From: Leucoraja erinacea
Taxonomy: Eukaryota
Direction of reading: 5' to 3'
Length of the DNA stretch: 64,000 nt
Assembly (NCBI RefSeq): GCF_028641065.1
Contig: NC_073385.1
Span: 56,978,001 to 57,042,000 of the forward strand
The notes beneath the pieces were generated by a model, which saw nothing but the letters and a program-made list of their open reading frames with translations, ran no database searches and was not told where the DNA came from. Both the position numbers and the translations under genes were made by a program. The number at the start of each line of letters is the position of its first letter. Position 1 is the first letter of the stretch. Positions 26,655 through 40,403 of the stretch are shown in pieces.

Positions 26655-27560
26655 TGTTTGCGATGCAGAAAACGACTTGATCGTAAATGTAGATGGGTGA
26701 GTTAGTAGGTTTGCAGATGACACCAAGATTGCTAGGGCCTTGGACTGTGCGGAAGGCTGGCAAAATGTGCAGCGGGACCAGCTACAGAAATGGGTAGGGA
26801 GGTAGTAGATGGAGTTTAATGTGAGCAAGTATGAGGTGTTGCACTTTGGGAGGTCGAATGTAAGGAGAAAATATACAATTAATGCCAAGTCCTTAACAGT
26901 AATGCTATACAGAAGAATTTTGGTGTCTTAGCCCATAATTCACTGAAATTGACAGCACAAGTAGATAGAGTGTTAAAGAAGGCATATAGTACGCTTGCCT
27001 TCAATGGTCAGGGAATTTAGTATTAGAGGCAGGAAGTCATGATGCAGGTTTGGTGAGGCTGCATTTGTAGTATTGTGTGCAGTTCTGGTTGCTCCATTAC
27101 AGAAAGATGTGGAGGCTTTGGAAAAGGTGCAGAGAACGTTATCCAGAATGATGCCCGGAGTAGAGGGTATTAGCTACATGCTGAGGTTGGACAGACATGG
27201 ATTGTTTTTGCTAGAATGGCAGAGGTTGAGGGGAGACCTGATGGAAGTATGTACGATTGTGAGAGGCATAGACAGGATAAAGCATCACAACTTGATGTAA
27301 ATATCAAATACTGGAGGGCTTGGCTTTAAGGTGAGGGGGCAAAGTTTCAATGATGTGTGAGGCAAACTTTTTACAGGGAGGTGATGCATGCCTGGAACGC
27401 ATTGCCAGCGTGGAGGCAGATACGGTAGTGGCATTTAAAATATGTTTGGAGAGGCACATGGATGTGCAGGATATGGATTTTGTGGAGGCAGATTTTGTGT
27501 GTAGATTTTATAGGTCAAAGAGCCTGATCCTGTGCTGTGCTGTACTGTTTTATGTTCTAT
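26655..27560 (+). mobile_element. Old CR1 LINE 3' portion
   Basis: SRFADDTK, KDVEALEKVQR...LRGDLMEV. Confidence 0.85.
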
Positions 27561-28679
27561 GCTCCCCATTTTCCTCTTAAGTGTGTTCCCAGACCCCCTA
27601 TACTTCCCAGCGATGCAATCAATTCCATCTACTTTTGCCTTACTTCTTGACCAGAGCCTCAATACCTCTTGACATCCAGTGTTCCTTCCTCTTGCCAACC
27701 TGTCCTTCACTCTAACAGGAATGTTCTGGCCCTGAATTTGCGCGATCTCATGTTTAAACGTCTCCGACCTATGAGATGTCCCAGTACTTGAAAACGCCTC
27801 CCCCAAAGTTCCTGTCTAATCGTGTCAACATTTAGTTAAATACAGAGTAAAGCTCCCTCTGTTTCTTCCCAGCTGTTATCAGCAACTGAACCATCCTACC
27901 AACAACTATATAACCATATAACCATATAACAATTACAGCACGGAAACAGGCCATCTCGACCCTTCTAGTCCGTGCCGAACACATATTCTCCCCTAGTCCC
28001 ATATACTTGTGCTCAGACCATAACCCTCCATTCCCTTCCCATCCATATAACTATCCGATTTATTTTTAAATGATAAAAACGAACCTGCCTCCACCACCTT
28101 CACTGGAAGCTCATTCCACACAGCTACCACTCTCTGAGTAAAGAAGGTCCCCCTCATGTTACCCCTAAACTTCAGTCCCTGGACTAGGGAGCAGTCCTGA
28201 GCATCTGCCTCATTGGAGACTTTCAGAGTAACTTTGATCGGACTTTACTGGACTTTATTTCGCACCAAACCTTATTCACGTTATTCCTTTATCATGTATC
28301 TATACACTGTGAATGGCTCGATTGTAATCATATATTGTCATTCTTTGACTGGATAGCACGCAACAAAAGCTTTTCACTGCACCTCGGTACACGTGGCAAT
28401 AAACTAAATGAACTAATAAACTAACTAAACTACACTGTCCAATACAGCATAATTTTTATAGCATAACAACAATATTTGCATTAACAGAGGCGGTGCGGTG
28501 ACACAGCTGCACTATCACCCAGATTCATGAATCCTGACCTTTAATGCTGTCTAGTAGAATTTGCATAAGAAGGTAGTTGTGGAGAAGAGATGGTAGACAT
28601 AGACAAGCGACACCAGAAAAAGAGATTGTAAACATAGAATAGACAACTGTAAATCCCACAGATAATTAGGAGAAATTAC

Positions 28680-29520
28680 TTCAGCACTTTGGGACGTTGA
28701 ATGTAAGGAGAAAGTATATGATTAATGGAAAGACTCTAAACAGTATTAATGCACAGAGGGATCATGGATCCATTTTCATAGCTCCACAACATGGCAACAC
28801 AAGCAGATAGAATGATAAAGAAGACATATGGTATACGTGTTTTCATTGGTCAGGGATTTGAATGTAAGAGTCAGGAAGTCACCATGCAGCTTTATAGGTC
28901 TTTGGTTAGGCCGCATTTGGAGTGTGTCATGCAGTTCTTGTTGCCCCAATACTGGAAAGATGTGGAGGCTTTGGAGAGGGTACAGAAGACGTTTCCCAGA
29001 ATGCTGCCTGGATTAGAGGGTACGAGCAATAAGGAGAGGTTGGACAAACCTGTATTGTAGAAACTTACAAAATTCTTAAGGGGTTGGACAGTCTAGATAC
29101 AGGAAGATTATTCCCAATGTCGGGGAAGTCCAGAACAAGGGGCCACAGTTTAAGGATAAGAGGGAAATCTTTTAGGACCGAGATGAGAAAATCATTTTTT
29201 ACACAGAGGGTGGTGAATCTGTGGAATTCTCTGCCACGGAAGGTAGTTGAGGCCAGTTCATTAGCTAGATTTAAGAGGGAGTTAGATGTGGCCCTTGTGG
29301 CTAAAGGGATCAGGGGGTATGGAGAGAAGGCAGATATGGGATATTGATTTGGATGATCAGCCATGATCATATTGAATGGCGGTGCAGGCTCGAAGGGCCG
29401 AATGGCCTACTCCTGCAACTATTTTCTATGTTTCTATGTTTCTTTGTTTTCTCTGGTTCGTCAAAAGCCGAGGGAAGGTCGGAAGTATATGGAAGTATAT
29501 AAAATTATGAGAGGCATAGA
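28680..29520 (+). mobile_element. CR1 fragment with a young CR1 3' end (29060-29445) inserted
   Basis: LYRSLVRPHLE...ALERVQK, then GKSRTRGHSLRIRGKSFRTEMRK. Confidence 0.85.
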
Positions 29521-29744
29521 ATGAGGGTCTCCAATGAGGTAGATAGTAGTTCAGGACTGCTCGCTAGTTGTTGGTGGGATGGTTTCGCTGCCCGATAACA
29601 GCATGATGAATTAAAAATCAATTTTCTCTGCTAATCCTGAACCATTATCTCACAAATAAATGAAGCCAAGAGTTCCTGACCTTGGATCCGGGTATTCGAG
29701 AAGGCTTGTCGCAAATAACATGTTAATTAGCTGCTTACTGTAAT

Positions 29745-29990
29745 CATCCACCACCAAGCACAGTTAGATATTGCAGGACCGCAGAGCTTTGGTCTGACCC
29801 GCTGTTTAGGAGATCATGTAACTTTGCCTGTTGTTGCTGTTTCTGCAACTTAGCGAGCATGCAGTCTTTTGTTGCCATTTGCACCTCTTCAGTGGCAGAA
29901 TGCTGCGCCCAACATGTCTTTGTATTCTCCTCACTGAACCAGGTTTGATCCCCTGGTTTGATAGTAATGGATGTGAAATATCCGGCCAAG
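29745..29990 (-). mobile_element. Ancient LINE ORF2 remnant (linker between endonuclease and RT)
   Basis: ITIKPGDQTWFSEE...DCMLAKLQKQ resembles the recalled xPWF linker of non-LTR ORF2. Confidence 0.45.
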
Positions 29991-32451
29991 AGGCCGCACC
30001 TTGAAGTGACGTACATTTCCGTTGCTGCTGACAGACCGCAGACTCACGGATGGCCAGTTTTGAGCCGCCACTACAATTCCGTGATTATCCTGTTTAACAT
30101 TAACAGCGTCCATATAACACATGCTCGGCACGAATGCAGGACTCATGTCATAAGTTAAAGGAGCATACTATATGTCATAAGTTAAAGGAGCAAAATTAGG
30201 CCATTCAGCCCATCAAGTCTATTCCGCCATTCAATCATGTCTGATCTATTTCTCCCTCCAAACCCCATTCTCCTGCTGTCTCTCCAATAAACCCTGACAT
30301 CCGTACTAATCAAGAATCTGTCTCTATCTGCCTTAGTGTCTCCACACTCACAGTGTACTGACCGCATTATTAAACTGCAACCCCTGGATCTCTGATAACT
30401 GCCTCTGAGGTCACAATTAAATGTTTCAAAATGCCAATTCTTTGCTATTATCTTCTCTCAGTCATACTGCAGGATTGGAGAGCCATCCCCAACTGTCATG
30501 CACTCAGCGAGAACCATTAATGACGTGTTTCCACCCAGCCTGCCAAGGTTGGTTCATCATTAACAGCATCAGTACTGCACAATGAGTGCTAATGGAAAAG
30601 AAACGCATGGTTCAAATGACTTGGCAACATTGAATTTAATAAGTGACGCGATGTCAGGCAAGATCAATCTTGAACTTTACCACTGGAATAGCAAAGCGTG
30701 AGTTGTGTACACTACAAGTTCAACACTTCAGATAATGGAGAGTGCTACATTCTCCTTGTTTTATTAATCATGCTTTGTATAGTTACAGCTCACATACCCA
30801 CTCATGTTTAGCCCATCATTGATCTGGTTGGGGATTGTTAGGCCAAATATACAGCTGTTAAATTAATTACAGCAATGAACCATTAGATGCTGTAGGTTGA
30901 TCCCTCACCTCACAACATTGAAATTGTCATAGGAACAAGCAATTTGATTTAGCAGCTCATTAACTTAGCACACGAGATCTCTTTCACCAGAATATCAATC
31001 TATTCTTTTCACCTGCATCCAATTTTTCTCTCTAAATGCATCAGTGCTATCCGTCTCAATGGCTACATCAACATGTCAAGCATTTGACTTACAGCGGTAA
31101 TACAGTCTGGAGCACCATTCTTCCAATGGCCATATATAGTCACTTAAAGTGGCTCCATATGATGTTTACTGTTCGCCACTGACCTGTTTGGTTTATAGTT
31201 TCCTCTTAACATTGATCAACTCAGAACAATGGATTAAGCAATTCCAAATGCAAGCCATATCCAGCACCAATTCAATTTTCAGTCCAATGCTTTGGGAACA
31301 TGGCCAACTTTGTAGTAGGGGATCGACACAAAACGCTGGAGTAACTCCTCAGGTCAGGCAGCATCTCTGGAGACAAGGAATAGGTGACGTTTCGGGGCAG
31401 AACCCGTCTTCAGACGAGAGGTTGTTGTAGGAGGGGTGTTTTCCAGTTTGTTAAACCATGGCAAAAGTCACTGTATGTGGACATGTGCTTAATGTAATTT
31501 GCACGTGAAATTCCGTAACCTTTCGTGCTTCATCACTAAAGTGCTCTTCCGCTAACGATTGAAGAAGAATGAGACTTCCATTTTTAAGTTTAATAGCTTT
31601 AACAGGCATCTTTGAAATAGATTTTGTAAATAAACAGCCTGATCGTGAGAAAAAGAGAGAAAGTATTTATTTTAAAGTTGTATTTATTGATTTGACATTG
31701 GGTTGTGCATAGCTGGTGGTTTGACAGTGTGATCACTTGTTGAGATAAAGAGATTTTGGTTTTGTTGACGGAACTGCAGCAGATTAACAATTTTAATATC
31801 TTGACAAATGCAAATTTTTCAAATGTCACATTCTAAAACACAATCTGATTTTGCTACTTAATATAAGATTTGACATTTGAAAATATGCAATTAAATTTGT
31901 GCAAAAAAAAGCCACCAGGAAAATAATTCAAAATGCAAATTTTCCTCCACAATTTAATTAGAAAAGTCATCATCATTGGTCGCAAGTATCAATCACTCCA
32001 TGCTTTGATGGGGCATGACTGGACAAAAGCTGAGGCAAAGACATTAGGAGAGGACTCGAAGGCTTGGTCTAAGGATGGGAGAGATTTACGGAAGGAATTC
32101 TCTTCATTCTCCGCAGGGTACATGAACCTGGGGGCAGATACACTGAAGCATTGCTCAATCATCAAACGTGATAATGGCTGATCATCCACATCGGTTCACT
32201 GTTGCTGTCTTCTCCCCTTGCAATCCCTTTATCATTAAGAAATGCATCTACCTCCTCCTTGAATATATTTAGTGACTTGGCCTCAACTGCCTTTTCTTCT
32301 GACAAGCTCACCACCCTCTGGGTGAAGGAATTCTCTCCGTTCTCAGCTCTAAATTACTTTCCCCCATACAGGACAGGCTTAACTAGTCACTAGTTTCGCC
32401 CAAGTTGTAAATTGTTGGCAATTAATTTTGAGTGTTAGATTGTTGCTCCAT

Positions 32452-32750
32452 TTTAATTCAGAGATATAGTGCGGAAACAGCCCCTTCGGCTCACAGAGTC
32501 CACACTGACCAGTGATCCCCGCACACTAACACTATCCGACACACACTAGGGACAATTTACTATTTTACCGATGCCTATTAACCTACAAAACTGTACATCT
32601 TTGGAGTGTTGGAGGAACCAGAAGTTCCTGGAGAAAACCCATGCAGGGCGCAGGGAGAACGCACAAACTCCGTACAGACAGCATCCGTGGTCAGGATTGA
32701 ACCCAGATCTCTGGCGTTGCAAGGCAGCAAATCTGCCACTGTGCCACCCC
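32452..32750 (-). mobile_element. V-SINE
   Basis: Full reverse-strand copy. Confidence 0.85.
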
Positions 32751-33414
32751 TTTGTCTTGTTCAATATGGTTGCTAACCTACTGAGCACTAGACTCTCAAT
32801 TCCTGTGGGCACAAGAGGAACTGCAGATGCTGATTCACAATAAAAAGACACAATGTGCTGGAGTAACTCAGCGGGTCAGGCAGCATCTCTCCAGTCTGAA
32901 GTAGGGTCCCGACCCGAAACGTCACCAATCCATGTTCTCCAGAGATGCTGCCAGACCCACTAAATTACTCCAGCACTTTGTGCCTTAGTTCCTGTCGTGA
33001 CGTCAGTTCTCAAGTTCTCATCCACTTGCCCAAATGTGTGTTGGGTGGTCAGTCCTGAGGTAAACCATCTAGAACCAAGATCAGGAGAAATGTCTCCACT
33101 CAGAGGATAGTGGATAGTGGAACTGCAGAATTTTCAACCACAGGAGGGCTGTGAGACCGAGCCACTGAATATATTTAAGAAGGAGGTAGATATATTTCGT
33201 AATGCTAAAGGGTTCATGGGATAAGGGGAGAAGACTGGGAGAGCCTTCATAATTTTGAATGGTGGAAGACTTGAATGGCCTATTCCTGCTCTTGTTTGCA
33301 GTGCCCCCATGTACTTGATTATACCTGCTGAGAAGGAAGAGAATTCCCTCCACGGATGTCTCTCTACCTTTAGGACACTCTTGGTCCAAACATTCTGACC
33401 AAGCCATCAATAGA

Positions 33415-33722
33415 GACAGCACAGTGCCGCAGTGGTAGAGCTGTTGCCTTACAACGTGAGAGATCCAGGTTCGATCCCGACAATGGTTACTGTCTGTACG
33501 GAGTTTGTACGTTCTCCTTGTGACCACGTGGGTTTTCCCCGGGTGCTCCGGTTTTCTCCCACACTCGAAGACGTACAGGTTTGTAGGTTAATTGGCTTCT
33601 GTAAATTGTACATTGGCCCTAGTGTGTAGGATAGTGCTAGCGTACGGGGTGATTGCTGGTCAGCACAGACTCGGTGAGGCGAAGGGCCTGTTTTCTGTGT
33701 CTCTAAAGTTTAAAGTCTAAAA
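33415..33722 (+). mobile_element. V-SINE
   Basis: Full copy with head, V-domain and tail. Confidence 0.85.
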
Positions 33723-36110
33723 CCCTATCCTAATGGCTTTTACTCAGTTGTGACCACTTGGGTTTACTCCGGGTGCTCCAGTTTCCCCGCACATCTAAAG
33801 ACCCGGGGGATGGTAATTTCATTGACCACAATCAATTATTCCGAGTGTGTAGGTAAGTTGTGAATAATTGATAATAATATGTAGAGAATAATATTGGAAT
33901 AGATTAGTTTAGGATTAGTGTGAATAGGCGTTGATGGTCAGTGTGGACGGTGGGAAAAGGGACATGTTTCCCTGCAGTATCTCTTTACAAAAGAGCTTTA
34001 GATGAATATTTCAAAATGCATATTTTGGGTTCTGACTGAAATTCACTTAGCGGATACATTTCGAGTCACAGGCGCATACAGATATGTAGGGACGGTGCTG
34101 GGACACGGGGTGGGGGATTGTTTGCTGGAACCAGTCGTGAATATAAGATAGCAACTGTAAAACAAATGTCCAGCATGGAGTTCTGGATAAACCACTTTAC
34201 CCAGAGAGTGGTGAGAATGTGGAACTTGCTGCCACACGGGCGGTTGAGGTAAATACCACAGTGACACTGAAGGGGATGAATATATATTGGGCGGAAGCTC
34301 TAGAAGGATTACGGTAATAGGATTAGATGCATAAACCTGGGTAGATGGCTGGACGGTTCATTCTTGTGCTGCACGTTCTGTATCATTCTATGCAGTACAA
34401 TTCCTGGCGCCTCACTGATTAAGAAGCCAACTAACTATACAGTGTATCTGCTTCTGAACCCGTTGTGCACATTATTTAAAGGCCTCAGCGTTTCTGCTCT
34501 CAAGCCGTGGTGCAGGTGGCTGGGGCAATTTGTCTCGCAGATAATCATGAGGAAGGGAGGAGCTTGTGCACTACGAGCATTGAAATAATAAAGTTCCCGC
34601 AAGAACCACAGCCAGTTCACGCTGGAAAGTGTGGCCTCGCTCTGCAAACAGCGGCAGGAAGCAAGGCGAGTGAATGTACGACAGGGGGCTTTAAATCTGA
34701 CGCTCTCTGTTGTTGTCTCTTTCTCATTCCCGCCTTATGATGTGCAGCAAGCCCAGGAGCCTTAGATGCTTTGACTGGTGGGTCAATGGTCAAAGGTCAA
34801 TGGTACTCTATTTGTCACATGCACAGTGCAATTCATTTCTGTATATACTGTTCAGTACAAGTATCACTGTGCATAAGCACTTAGATGTATTTTAGATACC
34901 ATCTCAGACAGAGTACAAGTGCAGAGTAGCAGTAGTACACTGAGACTGGGTCTCCAGATTTGGCGCCATTTTCAAGCCCCAGTTCTCATAGGTGTAGAGT
35001 TGTACAGGCCTGACCATGAAGGCCCGTTGTCCTGGCAACGGCCTGGCCAAGTGTGGTCGTTGGTGTCCTCCACCGCTGCTCCACCGAGCCTCATGTCAAG
35101 AGTGTTTAATTGTCATGTGTACCAACAACAGAACAAAGGAAATTCTCATTTGTAGCAGCATGGCATGCCTGTGAACACAATTTACACAGATAATAAATAA
35201 TAAACAACAACAACAAAAAACACAATAAATGAATAACTACAATACTAGTGCAAAATTCCCTTAGTCCTTGGTGCAACCAAAGACAGTCCATAGAAGTTCA
35301 TAGTTGAGGTTAGCATTGTGTAACGTACAAGAAAGAACATGATGGAAGCTACGCTTGAACTTTGTGGTCACAATTTTCAAATGCCTTTATCTTCTTCCAG
35401 AAGGAGTGAAATGAGAATGTGGCCAGGGTGATTTGCTGAGTGTTGGACCGCTGTTTGACAATGGAAGATATTACTACTGATGCAAGTTCAGATCTATATT
35501 TCTTATGTTGGTGCTCTGCAATCAGAGCACTTACTAACCGAAAATGTGGCTAATTTTCTCTTGCCCTGATGGCATCTCGCTTTTACAGTTCAATCTCATC
35601 TGACACAGTATGCATCAGAGATTAAACCAGGCGCCAGTTCCACACACCCATACTCCAAAGAATGTAAGTTTATGGTACTGGTTATAGGTTGGAGAGCACA
35701 TAAATAGGCTCTTCAGCCCATCGATCCATGCCATTGAACACCCATCCACACCATTCTCTTTCAACTCTTCCTATATTCCCACCATCCAGCTTCCCCACAA
35801 ACTCCACCACCCACCCACACACTAGGGTCAACCCACAGTGCCCAGTTTTCCCATCAAAATACGTCTTTGAGATATGCGATGAGACTGGAGTATCCGGAGC
35901 AAATCCACGGGCGGTACATGCAAACTCCACACCAAGTCAAGATCGAACTCTAGGCTGCTGGAGGTGGGAGTTGGCAACTATTTGCTGTGCCACTGTGTAA
36001 GATTGCAGATTATTTAGCCTGGGGCTGGTTGCGCAGGATGAGTTCAATAGTTCCTGAATGCACTGTAAGTGGACATGTGCTTAATGTAATTTGCACGTGA
36101 AATTCTATCA

Positions 36111-36729
36111 GGCCTATCCACCTGTAAGATATTGCTCGATAAGGCTGTGGTCTCAATGAGGCGATAACCATAGAGGGTGTCCTTGTGCCTAGTTCACAAT
36201 TCATGTCATATCTGCCCTCACGGCACAATGTCCTGTGATTTACTCACATTTCAGATAGCTACGTATGAGGCAGCGGTTCTACTAGCTGCACCAGTTTGTA
36301 CGTTCGCCCTGTGACCACATGGGTTTTCTCCGGGTGCTCCGGTTTCTACCCACACTCCAAAGACATGCATGTTTGTAGGTTATTTGGCCTTGGTAAACTT
36401 GTAATTTGTCCCTGGTGTGTGTAGAATAGTGTTAGTGTGCAGGGATCGCTGGTCGGCGTGGACTCGGTATGCCAAAGGACCTGTTTCCGCGCTGTATCTC
36501 TAAACTAAAGTAAACCAGTGTGCCACCCTGCTGGCCTACACCTATGTCCTCCTCCTGCTCCTAATTTTTGTGGCCTATCCACCTGTAAGATATTGCTCGA
36601 TAAGGCTGTGGTCACAATGAGGCAATAACCATAGAGGGTGGCCTTGTGCGTAGTTCACAATTCACGTCATATCTGCCCTCAAGGTACAATGTCCTGTGAT
36701 TTACTCACATTTCAGATAGCTACGTATGA
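36111..36729. repeat. 158-bp local direct duplication flanking a SINE-containing spacer
   Basis: 36111-36268 versus 36572-36729, 7 substitutions by manual count. Confidence 0.9.
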
Positions 36730-36879
36730 ACTGCAGCCTTTATCAAGAGCTAAGAGTGTTTAATTGTAATGTGTACCGACAAAAAGTAATCAAGAAAATC
36801 TTACTTGCAGCAGCGCAGCAGACCTGTAAATACAATACATATAGATAATACATATTACACAAAGATTCAATAATTTAGT

Positions 36880-37182
36880 AGGGTGACACCGTGGGGCAGC
36901 AATAGAGTTGCTGCGTTGCAGCACCATAGACCTGGCTTCGACCCTGACTACGTGTGCTTTCTGTATGGAGTTTGCACGTTCTCCCTGTGATCGCGTGGGT
37001 TTTTCCGGGTACTCCGGTTTCCTCCCACACTCCAAAGAAGCACAGGTTTGCACGTTAATTGGCTTCTGTAAATTGTAAATTGGCCCCAGTGTGTAGGATA
37101 GAGCTGGTGTACAGGGTAATCACTGGTCGGCTCAGGCTAAAGGGCCTATTTCCATGCTGTATCTCTAAAGTCTAAAGTCTAA
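36880..37182 (+). mobile_element. V-SINE inserted in a minus-strand LINE 3' end (about 36745-37490)
   Basis: Full SINE, with the host element continuing on both sides. Confidence 0.8.
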
Positions 37183-40100
37183 CATCTGAAAATGAATTAT
37201 CCCAATTCTAGTCCAAAAAAGGCGATATCCTTAGCGCAGCTAAAGACAGTCGTTAATATTTGAGGTTACCATTTTGTAATGTTCCTGAGCCTAATGGTTG
37301 CTGAGAAGAAGTTCTTCTTGAACTAATGGTCACGGTTTTCAGATTCCTATACCTTCTTCCAGCTGGTTGGAGTAAAATGAGAGCATGGCTAGGAATAGTG
37401 TGGATCGTAGATGGTTTTGGCTGCCTTTTTTGAGGCAGCGCCTCGTGTAGTTCCCTTCGAAGGTGGGGAGGTTAGTACCGGTGATGGACCATGTGTGGAG
37501 CAGTTAGACAATACTACTCAGGGATGAAGCTCAGATACTGGCACTGCATGTAACTGAGCAGAGAGTGTGGAGGTAACATGACATGATCTGAATGTAGAGT
37601 GGGCAACATCTGCAGAGAGAGAAACAGAGTTAACGTTTCAGATCATTGCCTCTTAGAGCAGTGAGAACAGATAGCATGATACTACTCTCATGATATCCAC
37701 AACCTCATCCACTTGTGCCTGGGTCTGCTGCAATTTCCTGTTGCTGCCATAGGGTCCTGGAGAACAGATAGCAAGGACAAAAGAGAGGTAAAAAGTGTTA
37801 CATACTCCGCACAGACATTAACCATGGTCAGGATTGAATCCAGGTATGTGGTGCTGTTGGCTAGCGACTTTACCACTGCACCACTGTGCCCAACAGTGCT
37901 CAAGATTCCAGCATCTGCAGTCGCTTGTGTCACCCATCCAGGAACTGATGTGCTTCAATACGCTACAATGCTGAGAACGTTATTCTGCACTGCGCCTATT
38001 CCCTTTTGCAATTTGTACTTATATTCTCTATTGTACTTGATTTGGAACATATCCACGTGGAGTATATCTGATCTGTGGATAGCATGCAAAACAAAACTTT
38101 TCACTGCACCTCATTACACGTGACAATAATAAGCCTAAACTTAAACCATTCTTCATCTTGTGGAATGGCACAGTAGTCTGGAAGGGCCAAACGGCCTTCT
38201 ATACTGTTCCTTCTGCTCTGATGTCTGGGAGGGGCTGGGGAAGGAAGCTCAGCCTCGGCAGCCCTTCAGCTGAGTCGGGCAGAACTCCTCCAGATTAGCC
38301 CAAGCACAGAGCTTTGCTTCAACGATGTTTGCTCAGTCATGTGTGGCAGAGAGAGCCAGCATGACTGGCATTCATTTAGTGTGTATGGCTTGGTCAACAG
38401 TTTTGGTGCCAATGCAGGCCCCTGTATGCTTAGCAGCACTTAAATGAAGGAAATAGTCAGGCATGCTGGGCTGGCCAGAGAGAGCAAAGAGATCACGTCT
38501 CAATTTAAGAAATGTTAAGATCTTTCGTGTTTATCTAGAACACAGTTTAATTAAATTTCCAGGTTTCAGATCCGAGACACATGGTGCCATGTGTACCTTG
38601 ACTTGTATCTCTCAACATTGTACAGAAAATCCAGTACATCCATGAGTGGCACAGGACAAGATCTACATTATAGTCTCTTCCATGCTCTTGCAATAATATA
38701 ACAAACAATAAAACAACATCACCTTTAATATATTTTAAATTGATCGGTGACAAACATCAGAGGACCCAGCCCCGAGGAGCCAGCACTGGCCTCAGGCCTC
38801 CACTACCTTCCTCTGTCTCCTATGACCAAGCCGATTTTGTATCAGCATTAATTTCAGTAGTTGTCTCAGGCTTGCTGTCTATTCTGACACAGGAGGAATG
38901 AATGTTCCCTGTTCTTTCTTGTCCATGATGTTTCCATGGTAGCTGTGACATTTGCTAGGCTTGGCTTCACTCTGGGGTACATCCAATTCTGAAATGTTTG
39001 CATCACTTCTCCTTTATAAAGCGTCCGTCAGCATGCAGCCTGACACCAGGCGTTGCATATTTTACCATGGCCCAATGATTTAATAAGATCAGCAGGTATC
39101 TTTCACCAGCTTCCATTTCTGTGACAGGGCCCGCCATAGACTTCGGAGACATAAGGAACTGCAGATGTTGGTTTACCATTACGTTATTTATCACTTGTTG
39201 TCCCTCATGACCTTCAGAACATGCGTTTAAAATTTTTGCTTACATTGATAATAATCTACGTTCAGTTTAGGACTGAGATGAGGGAAAACTTTTTCACCCA
39301 GAAAGTTGTGAATATGTGGAAATCTCTGTCAGAGAAGGCAATGGAGGCCAATCATTGGATGTATTCAAGAGAGAGTAGATATGACTCTTAGGGCTAACAG
39401 AATCAAGGGATAAGGCGAAAAAAGCAGGAATAGGGTACTGATTGTGGATGATCAGCCATGATCGTATTGAATGGCGGTGCTGGCTCAAAGGGCCGAATGG
39501 CGTATTCCTGTACGTACTTTCTATGTTTCTAGTCATCTGCAGTCTGTGCCATATACTCGCTGAGTGATACAATGTGTGTTCAGTGCAGAGAATACAGTGC
39601 ACCGGTGAGTGCTGTGGTACAAGTGCACCACCAGCCATCTTGTTCCCGATTCACTTATACTAATGTCACACTGCCCTTTGGTTTGCCTTGACAGCAAAAT
39701 TGCAGCTGACAGCTGCAGGGTGAAGGCACCAAGTGTGTGCAGGATACAGGGTTGTACTCTGTGGGCATGGAATCCCTTTTGTTTCAATGGGGTTGATGTG
39801 AGGGGTAACTGCAGCAGATGCACCTAGTTCCATGAGGTGCATCTAAATCCCAGCAATGTAGCCTGCTGGTCGCTGGCAAGCAAGAATCAGTAGGTTAACC
39901 TATGATGAGTGTTTGTCGGCACTGGGCCTGCACTCGCAGGAGTTTAGAAGAATTAGGGGGGGGACCTCATTGAAATACAGAATACTGAAAGGCTTGGATA
40001 GAGTGGATGTGGAAAGGATGTTTCCACTAGCGGGAGAGTCTAGGACTGGAGGTCATAGCCTCAGAATTAAAGGACGTTCTTTTAGGATCAGGGCCAGGTG

Positions 40101-40212
40101 TGCAGATAGTGTGCTTGCAAACAAGTCCAGATGTGCAACAGTGCACAGGAACAGGTCCGGATATGCAGATAAAGTACCAAAGAGGAGAGGCAGATATGTA
40201 GACACAGCATAA

Positions 40213-40403
40213 GGGGTGGCATGGTGGCGCAGCGGTAGAGTTGCTGCTTTACAGCGCCAGAGACTCAGGTTCACACCCGACTACAGGTGCTGTCTGTATG
40301 GAGTTTGTACGTTCTCCCCATGACCCGCGTGTGTTTTCTCCGGTTTTCTCCCACACTCCAAAGATGTACAGGTTTGTAGGTTAATTGGTTTCAGTATAAT
40401 TGT
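40213..40403 (+). mobile_element. V-SINE, 3'-truncated
   Basis: Head and V-domain present. Confidence 0.8.
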
